64,000 nt of DNA. Source: Andalucia godoyi And28 (lineage: Eukaryota > Protista > Jakobida). The translations under genes and the position numbers were made by a program. This document shows positions 53,412 to 63,445 of this stretch, in pieces (positions within the stretch are counted from its first letter, which is position 1; each line of letters starts with the position of its first letter). Where the stretch lies: NCBI GenBank assembly GCA_009859145.1, contig VRVR01000001.1, positions 78,463-142,462 of the forward strand, in the 5' to 3' direction. A model generated the notes under the pieces. It was not told where the DNA came from, ran no database searches, and saw nothing but the letters and a program-made list of their open reading frames with translations.

Positions 53412-56400
53412 ATGACGGATCGAAATCCGCCTTCGTCGTTGTCTACACTTTTAGATTCGCTATCGATGATGGATGCTGTTTCGTCGCCGGGTTACTCGTC
53501 ATCACTCTCCCAACTTTCACGTATGGTAGGAAGTCCGTTGGCCATGCCGCGGTCTACAAAGCCAAGTACTCCATTATCATCATCCTCTTCCCCGCGGGTT
53601 CCGTCGTCAATGTACAAGTCCTCTGAAAGCGAGGCAAACGGCTTCAGTCGGCATGGTTATCCTGGCAGTTCATTTCCTTCCGATGACGTTGACAAGCTGC
53701 TATGGAGTGCGCGTCTTCGTCCAGTTGATGAATCGTCCTTTTCTCCATCACGAGGGCACAGGACAGCGTCGCTGATATGCCCAGAAGAAGGAAGAGAAGA
53801 ACGAGAAGAAGGATCGTCGTTTCAGGCTGATCGACATTTGGCAGCCAGACAAAAGAACGTATATTCGTATTCCTTGGACAGCGAGGATGTGTCTTGCCAA
53901 ACTGAAACGTTCTCCGTTTCGGGCAAAAAGCCGTGGATTCTTTTGGATACCATGGAGAATGTTATCGCTGGTATTTCCAGCAAAAGGACGATTCAACGGC
54001 GGTCCGTCGAGACAAACCACTCGGTTTCGGAGGTTGCAGAGCCCATTTTGATCGTGGACAATAGCAACGTCGTCGAGCCTTCATTGACGCCATCCTCGCG
54101 AAAAGGTTCTTTGGCGAGTGTCGGATCTGCGAAGCAGCAATCGAAAAAGAATGATTTGACTGCCTTGAAGAGAACCACATCCGACAAGAAGCTGATTGTG
54201 ATGATTCCAACCACAGAACACAGCAAGGAAGATGCTTGCGAACAGCAGCAGCAGCAGCAACATCAGCAGCATCCTCATCTCCAACATCAAGTCCCAGTAC
54301 GAGTGGCTGTGGATTCGTTTGCTCGCGAATGCGAGGTACATGACGAGGAGTCGTTTTGGGTGCTGAAGCGGAATTTTGAACGTGAGCTGTACGAGGCCCG
54401 TTCGTACTGTTCGTTTCTTGAAGGGACTCTTGTCACACTGGGCTCTTCGGCTCGGTCTGTCATATCCGGGATTCGAGACGAATTGAGAGCGCTTCGAAGC
54501 ATGAGGATGCCGACGTCTGATTCTTTCAAGGACTCGTTGATTGGCATCAATGATATGATACAAAGCCTGGTGGAGCAAAATGCGGAACTGAGAGAACGCC
54601 TCTCGCTGGTGAACGAACGAGATGTGGTGATTACTGAACAGCTGGAACAGGATGTTGCCTACTGGACAAACCAGTACGATGCGCTGCAGTCAAATGCGGA
54701 ATCTCGAGAGAAGGAACTGCAGCGAGAAATCCGCAGCTTGGAAGAACGCATTCAGCTGCTTGAATCCAAAGAGAAGATGGTTGCAGAGCGTGCTAGACAA
54801 GCTGCCGAAGCGGACATTCTGGTTCTCAAACTTCGTGCAGATTGGAGGGACATGCGCCAGCGATTTATTTCTGATTTTCGAGATGTGAACAGTTCCTTGA
54901 CGGGTCTAGACAAGGCATTTTCTCGAAATGATTGTACAGTTTTTGATAGCGTGGTTCGCTCGTGTTTGAAGACAGAGGCCTTGTCTACGCTTGTCCGTGA
55001 TGCCGTCAGTCAAACCGTGAATTTCAATGATCGTGGCGGGGATGCGGACGGATCCGAGGAAGATCTTGCTATTGGGGATGAGACGTTGCCAGAGTATGAA
55101 AAGCTATTTGCTGAAGTCATTCCCGCGAACGCGGTTTCGCAGCTTCGCGATCAGTGGTCTGTATTTAGACCAGTGATGGCGGACACGTTGCTTGTTATTG
55201 ATTCGCTGCGGCCGATGAGAGACGTTTTCGCGACGGACGAGCAGGCCGTTACGGGAATGAAGACCCCAGATGTCGGATCAGATCTGGAGTCCTTTGAAAT
55301 TCGTCTGAAAGGGCAGGATTCGGACGACACTGCGTCCGATGCGTCTGCCGACGATGCTGATGAAGCCCGGTTCTTCGACACAGAGGGCTATGACGAGTCT
55401 GTTTCTCCCAAAGAACCTCCAGATGAATTCCTCCAGATAGACGAGCAGAAGGCGGAGTCGCACCCAAAAGTGGAGGCCTCCGGGGACCAGACGATCGCTC
55501 CGTCCCCGGAGGCCGACCAGTTGAGCGATGAAAAAATTGTCACCGATTCCGCCGGATCCGCGGCAGCGCAGGAGGATTCGCCTCCTGCTCTCGCTCCGGT
55601 TCCGGAACCTGAAGTCGAACAGGCTCCGGAAGAAGTCGATCCTGAGTTTCTGGAATTCTTGGGTGCGGATGCCGATGATCTTAGTTACCAAATGCTCGTT
55701 CCACGAGAAGTTGCGAAGTCGCAAGCGCACCCCAATGCACAGACAGTTTCTGCGTCTCCTTCCACTCCTGAGCGCGGAGCTCCCACTTCTGAGCGCGGAG
55801 CTCCTACTCCTGTTCCAGATGAAAACACACGTTCAAACACTCCCATTGCGATTGCTTTGGAGAACACAGATCACGATGGCTCTGGATTTGGAGAGTCGGT
55901 CGGTTCCGACGCAGTGTCACCGTTGTCGGCCCGTAATCGCGCAGACTCCATGTTTTCGCAAGAGAGCACCACAGGATCATCTTTTGCGATGACACCTTCT
56001 GCCGCCGCTGCAAGTTCGAAACGTGGGCTCGTTCGGCACACTTCGTACGCACTGTCGGCGGTTTCGGCCAAATTCCGCGCGATCCTTCGGTTCCAGCAAC
56101 AGCTTGAGGCTGGTATTGTGGCTGAGAAGCATTGCCGAAATGCAGAGCCTCACAAAATCAACATGATGCTTGTGAAACAGGACGATTACAACCTGTCTCT
56201 CAAGTATCCTTCGTCGAAGAAGGTCACGGAGGTGATCCATGCAATGTTTTGCATTCAATGGGATTCGCTTGGAGTTGACGGATTCCCGATGAAGTTCAAG
56301 AAGCGCAGAAGTATTCCTCTTGTGTGCATTCGAAAGTTTATCCTTGGACAGTACACCCCTGTCTTTAAACGCCAGCCCTTTCCGGATGACACACAGTTCG

Positions 56401-56924
56401 ATCGATCGTTCTCTCTGACGTACGTTGCAAAGCCAGAAGACATTTTCGTTGATTACGATGTTCTAGGCCGCAAGGAGAATGTCAACAGGCTAAAGAGTAT
56501 GGATATTATCATGCCGTCTAAGCCCTTCCGAGATAACTTTGTTCAGCTGCTGAGTTCTCTGCTCGAGCAAGTTCACGATGAATTGGAGGTCGTCTACTCG
56601 CGAGTCGCGTCGGTTACGTCTGAAAAGATCAAGGAAAAAGTGCTTTTGGTGAAGGAGGTGAAGCGAGTCACCCCCGAGTATGGCGAACCGCTTGCCATTG
56701 ACAAGTTGCCCGATGTGAGCTTGTTGGATGAAAACGAATTTTCGTTTTGTTCCCGAAACCATGTTTTCCCGTCGCAGTACCTTCGTCTCAAACAGCGCTT
56801 TGTCCGTCTTGCCTCGCGCGGCAGGCCTCCTCCCGAAACTGAATTCGTTGCAATGGGGGTGCTCGATGGATTACGAACTGCGAAGGCATATGCATTCCTG
56901 TGTAATTTTTGTATGCCGAAATGA
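53412..56924 (+). CDS. Large coiled-coil protein with a PH-like domain and a C-terminal Ada2-type SWIRM-like domain
   Basis: A 1170-aa ORF with coiled coil at about aa 310-480, PH-like RRSIPLVCIRKFILGQYTPVFKR...SFSLTY, and terminal LLDENEFSFCSRNHVFPSQYLRLKQRF...KAYAFL. Confidence 0.65.
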   Translation: MTDRNPPSSLSTLLDSLSMMDAVSSPGYSSSLSQLSRMVGSPLAMPRSTKPSTPLSSSSSPRVPSSMYKSSESEANGFSRHGYPGSSFPSDDVDKLLWSARLRPVDESSFSPSRGHRTASLICPEEGREEREEGSSFQADRHLAARQKNVYSYSLDSEDVSCQTETFSVSGKKPWILLDTMENVIAGISSKRTIQRRSVETNHSVSEVAEPILIVDNSNVVEPSLTPSSRKGSLASVGSAKQQSKKNDLTALKRTTSDKKLIVMIPTTEHSKEDACEQQQQQQHQQHPHLQHQVPVRVAVDSFARECEVHDEESFWVLKRNFERELYEARSYCSFLEGTLVTLGSSARSVISGIRDELRALRSMRMPTSDSFKDSLIGINDMIQSLVEQNAELRERLSLVNERDVVITEQLEQDVAYWTNQYDALQSNAESREKELQREIRSLEERIQLLESKEKMVAERARQAAEADILVLKLRADWRDMRQRFISDFRDVNSSLTGLDKAFSRNDCTVFDSVVRSCLKTEALSTLVRDAVSQTVNFNDRGGDADGSEEDLAIGDETLPEYEKLFAEVIPANAVSQLRDQWSVFRPVMADTLLVIDSLRPMRDVFATDEQAVTGMKTPDVGSDLESFEIRLKGQDSDDTASDASADDADEARFFDTEGYDESVSPKEPPDEFLQIDEQKAESHPKVEASGDQTIAPSPEADQLSDEKIVTDSAGSAAAQEDSPPALAPVPEPEVEQAPEEVDPEFLEFLGADADDLSYQMLVPREVAKSQAHPNAQTVSASPSTPERGAPTSERGAPTPVPDENTRSNTPIAIALENTDHDGSGFGESVGSDAVSPLSARNRADSMFSQESTTGSSFAMTPSAAAASSKRGLVRHTSYALSAVSAKFRAILRFQQQLEAGIVAEKHCRNAEPHKINMMLVKQDDYNLSLKYPSSKKVTEVIHAMFCIQWDSLGVDGFPMKFKKRRSIPLVCIRKFILGQYTPVFKRQPFPDDTQFDRSFSLTYVAKPEDIFVDYDVLGRKENVNRLKSMDIIMPSKPFRDNFVQLLSSLLEQVHDELEVVYSRVASVTSEKIKEKVLLVKEVKRVTPEYGEPLAIDKLPDVSLLDENEFSFCSRNHVFPSQYLRLKQRFVRLASRGRPPPETEFVAMGVLDGLRTAKAYAFLCNFCMPK

Positions 56925-56969
56925 ACAAAGTCAAACAGGAGAAAGAAGGGTGGGGAACGAACGCCGTGT

Positions 56970-57959
56970 TTACATGATGGAACATTTCTTCTCTTTGGTG
57001 AGATGTTCACATCGTTCTATCATCTCGGGACCAACTTTTTCTCCCCACTCTCCTCTCCTCTCCAATAAAATAACATCTCCTCCATCAATCGCTGCCGACT
57101 GGAAAAGATCCTGAATGGTCAAACTCGGAGTGAGCAACGTCCCCCTGTTGTCAACTTGGACACGAGACTTCTTGGGAAAGACACTGCAGATACGATACAG
57201 AACCATCTTGTCTTCCTCCGCAGTCTTGAACTCGTTGTTTCTGTTTGCAATCTTGAATTCCGTGCACAATACATCCAACGACCGTCCGATTGAATACTTG
57301 CTCTGCATCGAGTACCGAACGGGAGGAAGATTGCTGTTTCGAGGGAACACAACCACCACTGGGATGGTCGGCGCACCAGAAGGTACCATGAATTGAATCG
57401 GAGCCAAAGCAGCTTGCTTCATTGTCAGATTATACCCCTCGAAATGGTTTTGTTTCTTTGCAGCAGTACTGGAGCTGGATGACGATGACGATGACGATGA
57501 CGATGATGAGGAAGAAGAGCTGCCGGAAGCCGGCTTCGCAGTTTCTGCAACGTGCCCCGGTCTACATGGATGATCCAATTCGGATCTGTGTAAAACGCAC
57601 ACCTTCTTCCTGCACAATTTGCACACAATGACTGGAGTGTGAGGCGACGGCTTGCAGCCTTCAACGCAGCAAACGGCCCCAGAAACCACATCCTTCTTCG
57701 AGCATCCTTTTTCTATGTGAGTGTTTATGACGACATTCGGATTTTCACCTGGTTTGAGAGCAACCACGGCACCACAAAGCGGGCAAGTGGGGGCAATTCG
57801 GTCCTGCTGCGAAAACGCCCAGCACTTGTGATCCGCCGGCATTCCATGGTCCTTGCAGAATGAAAAGTGGCAGTAATCACATCGAACTGGTAAGAAATCC
57901 TTCTGTCCACACGAATTGTAAGCACAATGCTTTCCAATGTTTTCAAGCTCCATGCTCAT
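56970..57959 (-). CDS. AN1-type zinc finger protein (ZFAND2/AIRAPL/Cuz1-like) with C-terminal CaaX
   Basis: IGKHC..C.QKDFLPVRC.YC...FCKDH....HKC, PTCPLC...H...GC, a second AN1 finger and the terminus CSIM*. Confidence 0.88.
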   Translation of the reverse strand: MSMELENIGKHCAYNSCGQKDFLPVRCDYCHFSFCKDHGMPADHKCWAFSQQDRIAPTCPLCGAVVALKPGENPNVVINTHIEKGCSKKDVVSGAVCCVEGCKPSPHTPVIVCKLCRKKVCVLHRSELDHPCRPGHVAETAKPASGSSSSSSSSSSSSSSSSSSTAAKKQNHFEGYNLTMKQAALAPIQFMVPSGAPTIPVVVVFPRNSNLPPVRYSMQSKYSIGRSLDVLCTEFKIANRNNEFKTAEEDKMVLYRICSVFPKKSRVQVDNRGTLLTPSLTIQDLFQSAAIDGGDVILLERRGEWGEKVGPEMIERCEHLTKEKKCSIM

Positions 57960-58124
57960 CCTGCTGTGCTTTGCGCTTCGATCCCACGAAAACCCCCTCC
58001 TTCTTTGCAACAGAAAATCCCTCCCCAAAATCCGGATTTCTCTATCGTTCTACGTCCACTGTGCAGCGTGCAGTGTGCAGGTAGAAAACGCGAATCAAGT
58101 TGTGTTTAGTTTTCCCCTCTTCAG

Positions 58125-58165
<41 letters not shown>

Positions 58166-58272
58166 GTGTGTGACCCCGTCAACTTTTCCGAGATCTCAAA
58201 AAAATGAAAAATATAAAAAAACGATGATGCATGGATGACACTTCAAGTAGAATCCTCACACGAAATTTGACA

Positions 58273-58680
58273 CCTGCGATACCACTGCATCAATGCTAAT
58301 AAGATCTAATTGGTGCTATTGCAGTGTTGGGTGACAACGGATCCTGCGAAAATCACTCGTCTATGGGGAGGGGGCAGGCCCCAGCACACAAAAGTGCATG
58401 CATCACCATAGCTCGCGCATTATAGCTCGGGAAGCTGGGCGCTATTTGTGGAGTCGTTGGTGAGAAAGCACGGACACGCTGCAACTGCTCAACAAAATCC
58501 GAATTGTGGACGACGACGACGGTCCCACAAATCAAAACGAAAATAAGAACAAAAGTAATACGCAAAATCATCAAAGAGACAAGGGTTTTGCTTTTATTTA
58601 GTTCTAACCAGATGGAAAAAAAACCCTTCGTTAGGGTTTCAAGAAATAGAACGCAATAAGAACAGTTCAAAAGGTTTTTG
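58273..58680 (-). mobile_element. Decayed Fanzor-type element, family D copy 2
   Basis: Colinear blocks with 14645-14962. The minus strand gives FELF, SIWLELNK, SHQRLHK and YNARAM, plus the motif gctggggcctgcccc also seen in families A and C. Confidence 0.68.
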
Positions 58681-58782
58681 TGCGAACGGAATCCGAGAAT
58701 AAGCACTTTGTGAGAAAAGGCCGGGTGTCTTTTCGCTGTCGTCGTTGTCGTGGTTGTCGTTGTTTTGTTGTCGTCGTGGTCA

Positions 58783-60969
58783 ATGAATGGGATTGAAGCG
58801 GCGTTTGAAAGCATCAAATCTCTGCAAAAGATTGTTCCCTTTGGAAATCATCCTTTAATCGAATCGAAATGCACGGAACTGCTTCAGCAGCATCCGATCC
58901 TCCGGAGCGTGCATTTGCGTCATCATGTCGTCGTCGATCATCATCATCAGCAGCAACAGCCTCATAATGATGACGATGATGATGATAGTAGTTGTATGCA
59001 TCGACGCACTCTGAATAGATATATTCAGTGGATATGCCTTTCTATCCTCGCGAGAATCAATTCTGAAAAGGGAAATCACGAAGAAGCATTGAAGCTGCTG
59101 GGCCAGGCAGAAAAATGCTCCATATGCGCAATGGATACTGCGCAGACACAGGGCCAGGCATTGTGTGTTTCGATGCTGCTGACGAAAACGATTGCAAAAG
59201 CCAAGGAAATCTGGGTGACCGCTGCGGATAGCCATCGATCTTTAGTTCTCCTGAACTGCTTTCTTCGAACATTGCTTGTCTTGAATGATGCGGATCCGTT
59301 GGAAACGATCGCGGACTCTCTCCAGATTGGAATGTCGGTTTCGCAAATTGTGGAATTTGCTTCTCATTTCGGTCCATTTGAATCTTCGGATGATGTTTAC
59401 GAGGCCAAATCATTGGTTGTTTTGCTCTTTCTGGCTCTTCTAAAGTACTCGTACCTGAACCGGCCGTCATTTTCCGATCGCGAAACCGAAGCAAAGCGCA
59501 TCAAACTCGAATCGTTGGTGCCTGCGCTCTTGGAATCATCGAGGTGGGCCATCGACCTGAATTCACCCGCAGAGCCTAGGTTTCTCAAGTTTGCAAACTG
59601 GTTCAAACTCTTGGCACTATGTGCGTCTGCCTCGACACCCTCGACACCCTCGACAACCCTCAGTAATGATCTCAGCAGTACTAACACTGGTAATGCAGGT
59701 CTTTTTGGCGAGCCCGCCGAGGGGGACATGTGGAGACATTTGCATCTCTTGTATTTGATTATGCAAAAGAATGCACAAGCGGCCCTGGCAACTGCGGATC
59801 TCTCCGACAGACATCAGCTGCTGGCTGTCGCTGCTCTGTCGGTGAATCTGGGACGCTCCATGTTCCCTAGTAAGCAGGTAGCATTTTCCAAGTCCTATCC
59901 GTTGATGAGGAAAGTAGCCCAGTTTTGCTCGCAGCAAGACAGCAACGGGCCGTTCGAACAAATTGGAAGCTACAACAACGCAGTGTTTCACCTGTATCAC
60001 CACATCGACCCGTTGATGCAGCAGAAGGGGTTGGAACTGCTGCACTTGACGGCAAGCTGCGCTCGGCTTTCTAAAGACCCGACCTGCATCCAGCTTCATG
60101 TTCCTGGTTCGTTTCCGGCTGACGATGACCTTGACGACGCCTGGATCGACTTGGTGTCTGCCCGCATCCTTTATCAGCAAAGTGAATGGGCAGCGTGTGC
60201 ACAGCGATATGATTCCTTCTTTACGCAGTTGCGGTGTGTACCCGCCAGGCGGTCTCGACCTCCATTGGACATCGTTCCGCATCTGCTTGTGTATGCCGAC
60301 ACGCTATTGCGCCTGCAGAGGTACTCGCTGGCGGAGTCGATTGCGGAGTCTCTGGTGCAGCGGAACAAGAACGATGCAAACGCCAGAATATTGAAGGTGG
60401 ATGCGGTGGTCGGCCAAAGGAGAATGTCGGATGCGTATCAATCATGCGCACAATTGTGGAGCGCCGTGACGCACCAGTCTCGTTTGCAAGCCCATCCTTC
60501 GTGGAAAGCATTTCGGCAAGCACTCATCACTCGCATGGCAATTTTTCAAAATTGCCAGCGATCCCGCACGCAATCCGATCTTCCAGATTTTCTGGAAATG
60601 GTGGTCAGCGACAAGTCGCATTCAATCTCCGCGTCCTACAACGTGTCTCTGTTGCTGCTTGCCCGTGGAGATCCCGGAGCAGCCGTTTCCAGTTTTGTGT
60701 TTCAGAACTCAAATCTGCACAAGGACTCTCGAACATCTGAAATAGAGCGCAGGAGGCGCACACTTCGCGAGACTCTTCGTTTGCCGCTCCCAAGCGTGAA
60801 TCCACTTGACGACCGTCCCCCAACAGTCATCGAAGATGCGCTCGAGATGCACTTGTTAGATTTATGGATGGAAAAGGGACCGCAGATCTTCGTGTCCAAG
60901 GCGCAAACTGTGCAGGACATGCTTTGTGGATTGGAGCAGGATTTGGATCTCGAAGACTTACTCAGTTAA
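58783..60969 (+). CDS. Helical-repeat (TPR-like) hypothetical protein
   Basis: ORF of about 728 aa with TPR-like helices (GNHEEALKLLGQA, YADTLLRLQRYSLAESI, SASYNVSLLLLARGDPGAA). No family recognised. Confidence 0.65.
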   Translation: MNGIEAAFESIKSLQKIVPFGNHPLIESKCTELLQQHPILRSVHLRHHVVVDHHHQQQQPHNDDDDDDSSCMHRRTLNRYIQWICLSILARINSEKGNHEEALKLLGQAEKCSICAMDTAQTQGQALCVSMLLTKTIAKAKEIWVTAADSHRSLVLLNCFLRTLLVLNDADPLETIADSLQIGMSVSQIVEFASHFGPFESSDDVYEAKSLVVLLFLALLKYSYLNRPSFSDRETEAKRIKLESLVPALLESSRWAIDLNSPAEPRFLKFANWFKLLALCASASTPSTPSTTLSNDLSSTNTGNAGLFGEPAEGDMWRHLHLLYLIMQKNAQAALATADLSDRHQLLAVAALSVNLGRSMFPSKQVAFSKSYPLMRKVAQFCSQQDSNGPFEQIGSYNNAVFHLYHHIDPLMQQKGLELLHLTASCARLSKDPTCIQLHVPGSFPADDDLDDAWIDLVSARILYQQSEWAACAQRYDSFFTQLRCVPARRSRPPLDIVPHLLVYADTLLRLQRYSLAESIAESLVQRNKNDANARILKVDAVVGQRRMSDAYQSCAQLWSAVTHQSRLQAHPSWKAFRQALITRMAIFQNCQRSRTQSDLPDFLEMVVSDKSHSISASYNVSLLLLARGDPGAAVSSFVFQNSNLHKDSRTSEIERRRRTLRETLRLPLPSVNPLDDRPPTVIEDALEMHLLDLWMEKGPQIFVSKAQTVQDMLCGLEQDLDLEDLLS

Positions 60970-61027
60970 AAAGCGAAAAGATGGTAGTGCTGCAAGGCAT
61001 GTCTTCCCCCTCTTCCGTATTCCGATT

Positions 61028-63193
61028 TTACCTCTTTTTGTTTGCATTATTCTTCTTCTTGGAACTATGCTTCCGAGCCGAAGGATCAATTTCGTTCATA
61101 CTCTTCGCTTCGGAAGGATTGAGGAGTGCTGAACTTTCGTCTCCATCGTCTTCGTTCTCGTCACCCTCGTCCAGCAATGCAAATGACGCAGAAGATTCCT
61201 GAGGTGCGACGGGCATCAGCAGACTCGAACTGGATACGTCGTCCAGATAGAGAGCGTCCGAGGTGACAGGAGCACTTGCAGAAGAGGCGGAGAGGATGGA
61301 CGACAAGGGAACAACCTCGTGCGGGATATCCGCAGTTTCTGTGGTACTTCTCAACTCTTCTGCTTCTTCAACTTTCACTTTATGCAGAATCGTTTCTGCA
61401 TCTCTGGCTTCCTTCTGGCGTTGCCACATCTTATAGTATTCGCCCTTCAGCTCCAAAAGAGCAGCGTGATTTCCGCGTTCCGCAATTTGTCCATTCTTCA
61501 AAACCATGATCTCGTCAGCATCCACTATGGTGGACAACCGATGGGCAATGACCAGCGTCGTCCGATTACGGGACAGTGCGAACAGTGCAGCCTGGATTTC
61601 CCTCTCTGTCTGGGTGTCCAACGCACTTGTGGCTTCATCAAACAAGAACACCGGAGCACGCTTGAGAATCGCACGCGCAATGGCCACTCGCTGCAGCTCG
61701 CCCCCAGACAATCGCAATCCACGTTCTCCAACTTTTGTTTCGTACTTATCCGGGAGACCCTCGATGAATGGTTCGAGTTGTGCCAAGCGAGCGGCTTCAC
61801 GAACCTCCTCGGACGTGGCGTCAGGTCGCCCATACCGAATGTTGTATTCCATTGATTCGTTGAATAAGACCGGGTTTTGCGTCACCGGAGCGAGCACTTT
61901 CCGCAGCGATGCTTGGGTGACTCGCGCAGCGTCCTGCCCGTCAATCAGGATTTGTCCAGACCACAAATCGTAAAAACGGAACAGCAGCTTGGCAATTGTT
62001 GACTTTCCAGACCCAGACGGACCCACAATCGCCAGCGTCTTTGCTGGAGGGATGGTGAAGGAAATGTCCTTGATTGTTGGACCCCTGCTGCGATCATATC
62101 CAAACCGCACATTGCGAAATTCAATCTGCGGCGCCGCCGACCTGGGAACCAGAGGTGGGGCATCAGGCACATCCTTCACGGTAACCGGTTCGTCAAGCAA
62201 ATCCATCAATCGCTCAAGATCGATCGCACCATTTTTCAGCATACGATACTGGGAACCCAGCCACGACAGCGGAATAGACAGTTGCATCAAATACGTGAGA
62301 AGCAGCACAAAGTCTCCCACTGTCATGTCTGAATGGACAACTTGTTTCGCAGCGATCAGCATAACCCCCAGCATTCCCAAGTTGATCAGAAATGCTTGTC
62401 CGACGTTCAGCGCCGCCGAAGACTTTGCCGTAACAATCGCTGCCTCATTGTAATCCGCCATCGCCTCTTTGTACCGGTTGATTTCCATTCGCTCATTCCC
62501 AAATGATTTAACAACTTCAAAATTGATCAAAGAGTCGACAGCGCGGTCATTCGCCAACGAATCCTTGTCGTTCATATGTCGTCGAAACTTTGTTCGCCAT
62601 TCCGTGCACATTACTGTGAACCCAATGTACAGAGAAAGCGCCAAAAGAATTGTGAACGCAATGTCCACAGTGTAGATCGACGAAACAAGTACCACAACCA
62701 ACAAGATTTCAATCATCGTTGGCAAAAATGAAAATGTTGCAAACGAAACAAGGTATTCCACAGCACGAGATCCTCGGTCGATGGCCCGCAGGACCGACCC
62801 CGTCTTGCGTTTAATGTGGTACTCGGTCGGTAGGAAGTGCAAATGCGAAAGTGCGCGAACAGAAATGTCAAATACTGCAGTTTGCGACAGTTTCGAAAAC
62901 ACAACATCTCGAATGTCTGACAAGAAGGACGAAACGAATCTTCCTCCAATGTACAGAAAGATCCATTTAGTCGGCATGCTTGGACTATCATCGGCAAGAG
63001 AATCAATGACCGCCTTGTACGCAAAAGGAGTAAGCAGATCCAGAGACTTTTCAATAATCAGGAGGATTACAGAAACAACGAGGCGCACTCGAAGCGGAAA
63101 GTTGTCTTTGGGCCAGAAAAACGGAATAAGACTCCGCAAGTAATGTCCATGCGCATGCTTTGCTTGAAAAGATTCCCGCGATTCAGGATCCAT
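61028..63193 (-). CDS. ABCB half-transporter, ATM1/ABCB7/HMT1 group
   Basis: TMD HLHFLPTEYHIKRKTGSV.R.IDRG and DSLINFEVVKSFGNE, Walker A GPSGSGKST, signature LSGGELQRVAIARAILK, DEATSALD and IAHRLSTI. Confidence 0.93.
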   Translation of the reverse strand: MDPESRESFQAKHAHGHYLRSLIPFFWPKDNFPLRVRLVVSVILLIIEKSLDLLTPFAYKAVIDSLADDSPSMPTKWIFLYIGGRFVSSFLSDIRDVVFSKLSQTAVFDISVRALSHLHFLPTEYHIKRKTGSVLRAIDRGSRAVEYLVSFATFSFLPTMIEILLVVVLVSSIYTVDIAFTILLALSLYIGFTVMCTEWRTKFRRHMNDKDSLANDRAVDSLINFEVVKSFGNERMEINRYKEAMADYNEAAIVTAKSSAALNVGQAFLINLGMLGVMLIAAKQVVHSDMTVGDFVLLLTYLMQLSIPLSWLGSQYRMLKNGAIDLERLMDLLDEPVTVKDVPDAPPLVPRSAAPQIEFRNVRFGYDRSRGPTIKDISFTIPPAKTLAIVGPSGSGKSTIAKLLFRFYDLWSGQILIDGQDAARVTQASLRKVLAPVTQNPVLFNESMEYNIRYGRPDATSEEVREAARLAQLEPFIEGLPDKYETKVGERGLRLSGGELQRVAIARAILKRAPVFLFDEATSALDTQTEREIQAALFALSRNRTTLVIAHRLSTIVDADEIMVLKNGQIAERGNHAALLELKGEYYKMWQRQKEARDAETILHKVKVEEAEELRSTTETADIPHEVVPLSSILSASSASAPVTSDALYLDDVSSSSLLMPVAPQESSASFALLDEGDENEDDGDESSALLNPSEAKSMNEIDPSARKHSSKKKNNANKKR

Positions 63194-63445
63194 TCTGAAA
63201 ACTTTAATGATATCAAAAGACAAACAACGACAACAACAACAACAACAACAACAACAAAAAGAAAAAGAAAAAGGAAGAGCGGAACCGCAGACGGCACGTT
63301 TTTGGCAACGCGGACTTTATCGGGAATATTGTCGGACTCACTCGTCGGAGAGCTGAACTGGAAGAGTGGCCAGCAGAATTTTTTTGCTGCACCTGCTGTA
63401 GAACTACTGCAGGTTCTGTTGTGAAAACTCAAGCTTGCTGGTTTG

